From Promethearchaeota archaeon (lineage in GTDB: Archaea > Asgardarchaeota > Lokiarchaeia > Sigyniarchaeales > SOKP01), in assembly GCA_011364975.1 (NCBI GenBank), contig RDOE01000039.1, forward strand, positions 1 through 31,766: DNA of 31,766 bases, read 5' to 3'. The notes beneath the pieces were generated by a model. The model saw only the letters and a program-made list of their open reading frames with translations, did not search any database and was not told where the DNA came from. Made by a program: the position numbers and the translations under genes. This document shows positions 27,582-31,766 of this stretch, in pieces; the stretch's first letter is position 1, and each line of letters starts with the position of its first letter.

Positions 27582-29345
27582 CTAATTATATAATCTTAAA
27601 TTTATCTCTATTAGTCTCTCTTTGTCCATCTTAATTATTTCACGATCATAAGTGAGTAAACCATTGATCTCTTGCTCTACATCTGTAAGTTGCGTATAAA
27701 TTGCAGCACTTAGTCCTTTTTCAATCATCTTTTTAAGCTTTATAACTAATTTCTCATACTTATTTATTAATTCTTCCTTGTTTTGAAAATTACGATAAAT
27801 GAATTTATTTTTAAATTGCCATATATGATGTTCAATTTCTAATCCTAGTCCTCCAAATTCTCCTATAATCGCAGCACGAGATTTAATTTGATTTTTATGA
27901 GGCATAATTGGATTGGGATAATTGTGTCGATCACATATATCCCCAATCCCAAAGTCATTCCATCCACTTGCAGCATCCACAAGCCTAGAAGGATCAGCCC
28001 TCTTAATCCTTTCAAGAACTAAATCTGTATCAAATTGCCCCCAACCCTCATTGAATGGAACCCACGCTACAATAGAAGGTGAATTTCGTAATGTATGTAT
28101 CATCGAATCTAATTCTTGAATGTATTGATTTTTATCAAATTCTTTACGTTCAAATTTAAATTGATCCTCATTATTAATATTGTCTCCAAGATCTGTAAAG
28201 CCTCCATTCGGCATATCCTGCCAAACTAAAATTCCAATTCGATCACAGTGATAATACCATCTTGCAGGTTCAATTTTAACATGTTTTCTAATCATATTAA
28301 ATCCAAGCTCTTTAGCGACTTTAATATCATACTTGAGTGCTTCATCAGTTGGAGCAGTATATAATCCATCAGGCCAATAACCTTGATCCAGTATCCCATA
28401 TTGGAAAATTTGTTTGTTATTTAAGGCAATATTGAATATTCCATCCTTTCTTTCTATAAGACTGATTTTTCTCATACCAAAATAGCTCTTAATCTCATCT
28501 ATTATGTGGTCCTCTAATTCGATTTTTATTACAAGATCATAAAGAAAAGGATTATTAGGGCTCCAAAGCTGCGGGTTTGGAACATCTAAAGTTAAAGTAT
28601 TTTTATCACTCAAAAAGTTTATAATTTCAGTTTTATCACTATAAATCTGGATTCGAATATTGAATTCTGGTTTAAGTTTATGGATATTTAAAAATAGGTT
28701 AAGTTGATGGTTATCAATATCTGAATCTAATGTGAAAGAATCAATAAAGGAAGCAGAAACTGGCTCCAACCAGACTGTTTGCCATATACCGGATACCGCA
28801 GTATACCATATAATCTGTGGATTTAAAGACTGTTTCCCTCTCTCTTGGCTGCCTTTATCTGTGGGATCCAAAACTTTTACGAGAATTTCATTTTCTTGGT
28901 CAAGTTTCAAAAATTTTGAGATTTCGAATGAAAAAGGAGTATAACCTCCTTGATGAGTTCCAACTTGATTTTTATTTATCCAAACTTTTGTGTCCCAATC
29001 GACAGCTCCAAAATGTAATATGATTTTTTTGTCTCTCCAACTTTGAGGAATGAAAAACTTTCGATGATACCATAAACTTTGAGTAGATTTTAGAGATTTT
29101 TTAACACCAGATAAAGAGGATTCCAAAGGGAAAGGTACTAAAATTTTCCCATCAAAAGTGTCAATATAATCCTGGTTTTTAGGGCATATAGCATAGTCCC
29201 ATAAACCATTTAAATTAAGCCATTCATCTCGTTTCATTTGTGGGCGTGGATATTCAGGAAGTGGATTTTCAGGATTGACATTTTTACTCCAACGAGTCAT
29301 AATTGGATTTTTTACTGGAACCCAATTTATTTCCCTTTTATTCAT
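27582..29345 (-). CDS. Glycoside hydrolase family 2 (short type)
   Basis: EYPRPQ..NLNGLW, HFGAVDW, SGIWQTVWLE, LDQGYWPDG, RKHVKIEP, WVPFNEGWGQ, GEFGG and YTQLTDVEQEINGL. Confidence 0.92.
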   Translation of the reverse strand: MNKREINWVPVKNPIMTRWSKNVNPENPLPEYPRPQMKRDEWLNLNGLWDYAICPKNQDYIDTFDGKILVPFPLESSLSGVKKSLKSTQSLWYHRKFFIPQSWRDKKIILHFGAVDWDTKVWINKNQVGTHQGGYTPFSFEISKFLKLDQENEILVKVLDPTDKGSQERGKQSLNPQIIWYTAVSGIWQTVWLEPVSASFIDSFTLDSDIDNHQLNLFLNIHKLKPEFNIRIQIYSDKTEIINFLSDKNTLTLDVPNPQLWSPNNPFLYDLVIKIELEDHIIDEIKSYFGMRKISLIERKDGIFNIALNNKQIFQYGILDQGYWPDGLYTAPTDEALKYDIKVAKELGFNMIRKHVKIEPARWYYHCDRIGILVWQDMPNGGFTDLGDNINNEDQFKFERKEFDKNQYIQELDSMIHTLRNSPSIVAWVPFNEGWGQFDTDLVLERIKRADPSRLVDAASGWNDFGIGDICDRHNYPNPIMPHKNQIKSRAAIIGEFGGLGLEIEHHIWQFKNKFIYRNFQNKEELINKYEKLVIKLKKMIEKGLSAAIYTQLTDVEQEINGLLTYDREIIKMDKERLIEINLRLYN

Positions 29346-29366
29346 AAATTAAAAAAAAAAAGAAAG

Positions 29367-30737
29367 TTAGTTTATACTTTTCCTTTTTTCTGCGTGTAAA
29401 AGATTTAGTTGTTCTCGCATTCTTATTAAAGATTCTCCGTGATTTGGATAATAATAGATAAAAATAAGGCCAATAGAGCTTACTATTACAGGAATTAGTA
29501 ACATAAGTATTTTGATTCCTATAAATGCGGATGGAGGTTGTACTGGGGAGTCTTGGATATAACCAAATAATCCTAAAATAAGAGTTGCAACAATTGGTCC
29601 TATACTTTGAGCAGGTTTATGGATTAAAGCGTCTATTCCAAAAAACATTCCTTCTCTTCGAGAACCGTGATTTAATTCATCTTCATCTATTGATAAGTAT
29701 AACAATGGTGTATTAAATATTGAATATCCTCCAAAAAAGGTCAAGATTGCTAAACCAGTAATTACAAACGCTTGAAAGTCAATAAACAATATTAGCAAGA
29801 AAAGAATTAAAGTACCAATTATTCTAACCGCTCCAAATCGCAACATAATCTTACGCATCCCCCATTTTGGTCTCAATTTTATACATAGGAAACTTGAACC
29901 ATATCCTATGATAAAGATGATAACAAAATAATACAATAAACCACCTTCACCTAACACAAGCAAATAAACAAATAAATAGCTTAACCCGATCGATGATAAA
30001 AATGCATCACAAACAATATAGCCCATATATATCAAAAAGGATTTTAATTTTAAGGTCTCTTTAACTGCTTTCCATAACGGGAATCCCTTATCTTTTTGAA
30101 ATTCTGGTTTTTCTTCGCAAAGAGATGCTGTAATGAATAACAAGATTGTGGAAATGATAGCAATAATTAACATAAAAAGTTGAAAAGCTATAGAAGTTGG
30201 ATCCATTGCCCCAACGATGATAAATGTAGGTAAAATAACAATTGAACCTAACAGAACTGAATAAAAATTACCCTTAGCTCTCTCATCCAAATCTGAAGTC
30301 ATTTCTGGTAATAAAGCAAGCCAAACAAGAATGACTAATGTCAACATTGTGTCAAATAAGCAAATACTAATAACATAATGAAGAAAAATTATTAGTTGAT
30401 TATCAAAACTCCATGGAATCCATACTAGCATGAAAGTTAATGCCCATATAGGAGCACCATACTTAATATAAATTTTTCTTCTGCTTCCCCATCTTTCAGG
30501 ATTAGTACGATCAGATAATTGCCCTAATAATGGATCATTAAGGGCATTGACAACCATATAAATAACTTGACCAACTATAAATAACGTGGGCTCCAATTGG
30601 AGTTTATCATAAAAGAATTCAATATATTTCAAGGAAAAAATGAGAGCTAAAAGTCCATTAGGGATCGCCCCTAAAGAATAACCCCAAAGGTTGCGTTTAC
30701 TTAGCTTATTTTTATTAATCTCCAATCTTTTACTCAA
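29367..30737 (-). CDS. MFS transporter, GPH (MelB-like) glycoside:cation symporter family
   Basis: NALNDPLLGQLSDRT..WGSRR, LPEMTSDLDER and DEDELNHGSRREGMFFG, with about 12 TM segments. Confidence 0.92.
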   Translation of the reverse strand: MSKRLEINKNKLSKRNLWGYSLGAIPNGLLALIFSLKYIEFFYDKLQLEPTLFIVGQVIYMVVNALNDPLLGQLSDRTNPERWGSRRKIYIKYGAPIWALTFMLVWIPWSFDNQLIIFLHYVISICLFDTMLTLVILVWLALLPEMTSDLDERAKGNFYSVLLGSIVILPTFIIVGAMDPTSIAFQLFMLIIAIISTILLFITASLCEEKPEFQKDKGFPLWKAVKETLKLKSFLIYMGYIVCDAFLSSIGLSYLFVYLLVLGEGGLLYYFVIIFIIGYGSSFLCIKLRPKWGMRKIMLRFGAVRIIGTLILFLLILFIDFQAFVITGLAILTFFGGYSIFNTPLLYLSIDEDELNHGSRREGMFFGIDALIHKPAQSIGPIVATLILGLFGYIQDSPVQPPSAFIGIKILMLLIPVIVSSIGLIFIYYYPNHGESLIRMREQLNLLHAEKRKSIN

Positions 30738-30837
30738 CTTTCAATTTATTTTAAAAGCTAAATATTTTTATTATAGATTGATTTAACAATTTATAAAGGT
30801 TTAATACTATCTATTACTTATTTGTAAAAAGAAAAAA

Positions 30838-31766
30838 TTACAAAATACCTTCCCAAACTTTTCTAAGATTGTCCAGAGGAGCAATTTCTAATCTGGGATT
30901 TATTCCTAAGATCATTGTTGATCGCCTATTATTATCATAAGGAATCCATTTTGGAATATTTTGATGATTAGGTGTACCAGTTCTGGCAAAATTTGTCCAT
31001 ATATCCATAATAGTATTGGATAATGCCCTTGTTTCTTCGTTATTTTCTATTGCACCTTCAGCGATATCGGTTGTATCTAAAGTGCCAAAAACAAAAGGAA
31101 TTTCAAACGTGTGCATTGCGTAACCGAATTTGGGAGAGTTGTATTCAAAAATATAACAATAGATATCAGATTGATGATTAAGTTGAGCCTCAATTTGTCG
31201 AAGAATCGGCATTCGAAACATTGAATCTGAAAGGAGATAACTCAAATATTTATATGGGTTATCTGGATATTTATGTTTGAGTTCTTCTTTATAAGTGTTA
31301 ATTAATTGATTTAATTTTTCTTTCTCTACTCCACTTTTATGTAATCGTGAATACATCACTTTTTGAATTAATTTTCTTTTGAGCTTATTAGAATCTTTCA
31401 ATATATCTGCTAAAATACCTAATTCTTCATTATTATATCCGATTATTAGAGGGATATAATTACCCTTACCTTTGCTTAAAAGCTCTAAAGGTTGTTCGGG
31501 AATTAAAATATCATCCACAAAAGGTCTAAATGGTTTAATTTTTGAATCTAAAAATGTTCCCGTTATTTTAAATTGAGTTTTAATAATTGTAGTTAATGGT
31601 ACGTTCTTTAACTCATCAAGATGGTCTATATCAATACTTAGATTTGATATAAATTCAAGTGATCCCTTTCTAGCTTCATCTGGTTCAAACATTCGAGGAT
31701 TTGCAGCTCCACTCTGTATAATAGCTTTGTGAAATAATCCCTTTGCTCTTGAAATTGAAAGTAATA
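30838..31766 (-). CDS. Type-B carboxylesterase/lipase (PnbA-like), 5'-truncated by window edge
   Basis: Frame stays open to the window end (LLSISRAKGLFHKAIIQSG). PLIIGYNNEE (acid), AMHTFEIPFVFG (His) and WTNFARTGTPN. Confidence 0.9.
   Translation of the reverse strand, partial: LLSISRAKGLFHKAIIQSGAANPRMFEPDEARKGSLEFISNLSIDIDHLDELKNVPLTTIIKTQFKITGTFLDSKIKPFRPFVDDILIPEQPLELLSKGKGNYIPLIIGYNNEELGILADILKDSNKLKRKLIQKVMYSRLHKSGVEKEKLNQLINTYKEELKHKYPDNPYKYLSYLLSDSMFRMPILRQIEAQLNHQSDIYCYIFEYNSPKFGYAMHTFEIPFVFGTLDTTDIAEGAIENNEETRALSNTIMDIWTNFARTGTPNHQNIPKWIPYDNNRRSTMILGINPRLEIAPLDNLRKVWEGIL

Overview
AT-rich (roughly 30% GC by eye), gene-dense archaeal chromosomal segment, most consistent with an Asgard archaeon of the Lokiarchaeia type. 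This is an inference from a proteasome beta subunit, a divergent EF-2 lacking the diphthamide histidine, ITPK1-like kinases, an orphan multi-PAS histidine kinase, BRE/TATA promoters and a CCA-less tRNA. Left part: 3' portion of an EF-2 paralog, tRNA-Gly(CCC), 5-PAS histidine kinase, nicotinamidase, LMW-PTP and UppP. The highlight is 6.7-14.1 kb: a myo-inositol-1-phosphate synthase with altered motifs, surrounded by four ITPK1-like ATP-grasp proteins (one apparently degenerate), an MFS transporter and a HAD phosphatase with a long Lys-rich tail. Together these form a candidate lipid-independent inositol-polyphosphate synthesis and turnover module. Next come an HhH-FKBP(SlyD-like) fusion, a PflX-like radical SAM enzyme, a stand-alone IFT52-like GIFT protein with a duplicated upstream operator-like motif, proteasome beta and a thioesterase. 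The right part is a carbohydrate-utilisation island (two GH2, two GH4, a GH109-like enzyme, nucleoside hydrolase, GPH transporter, carboxylesterase) with an ATL DNA-repair gene. Two genes (HAD, ATL) have no in-frame ATG/GTG/TTG ahead of their conserved N-termini and appear to start at ATC/ATT. No transposase, integrase or CRISPR array was seen. Family assignments come from recalled motifs, not database searches.
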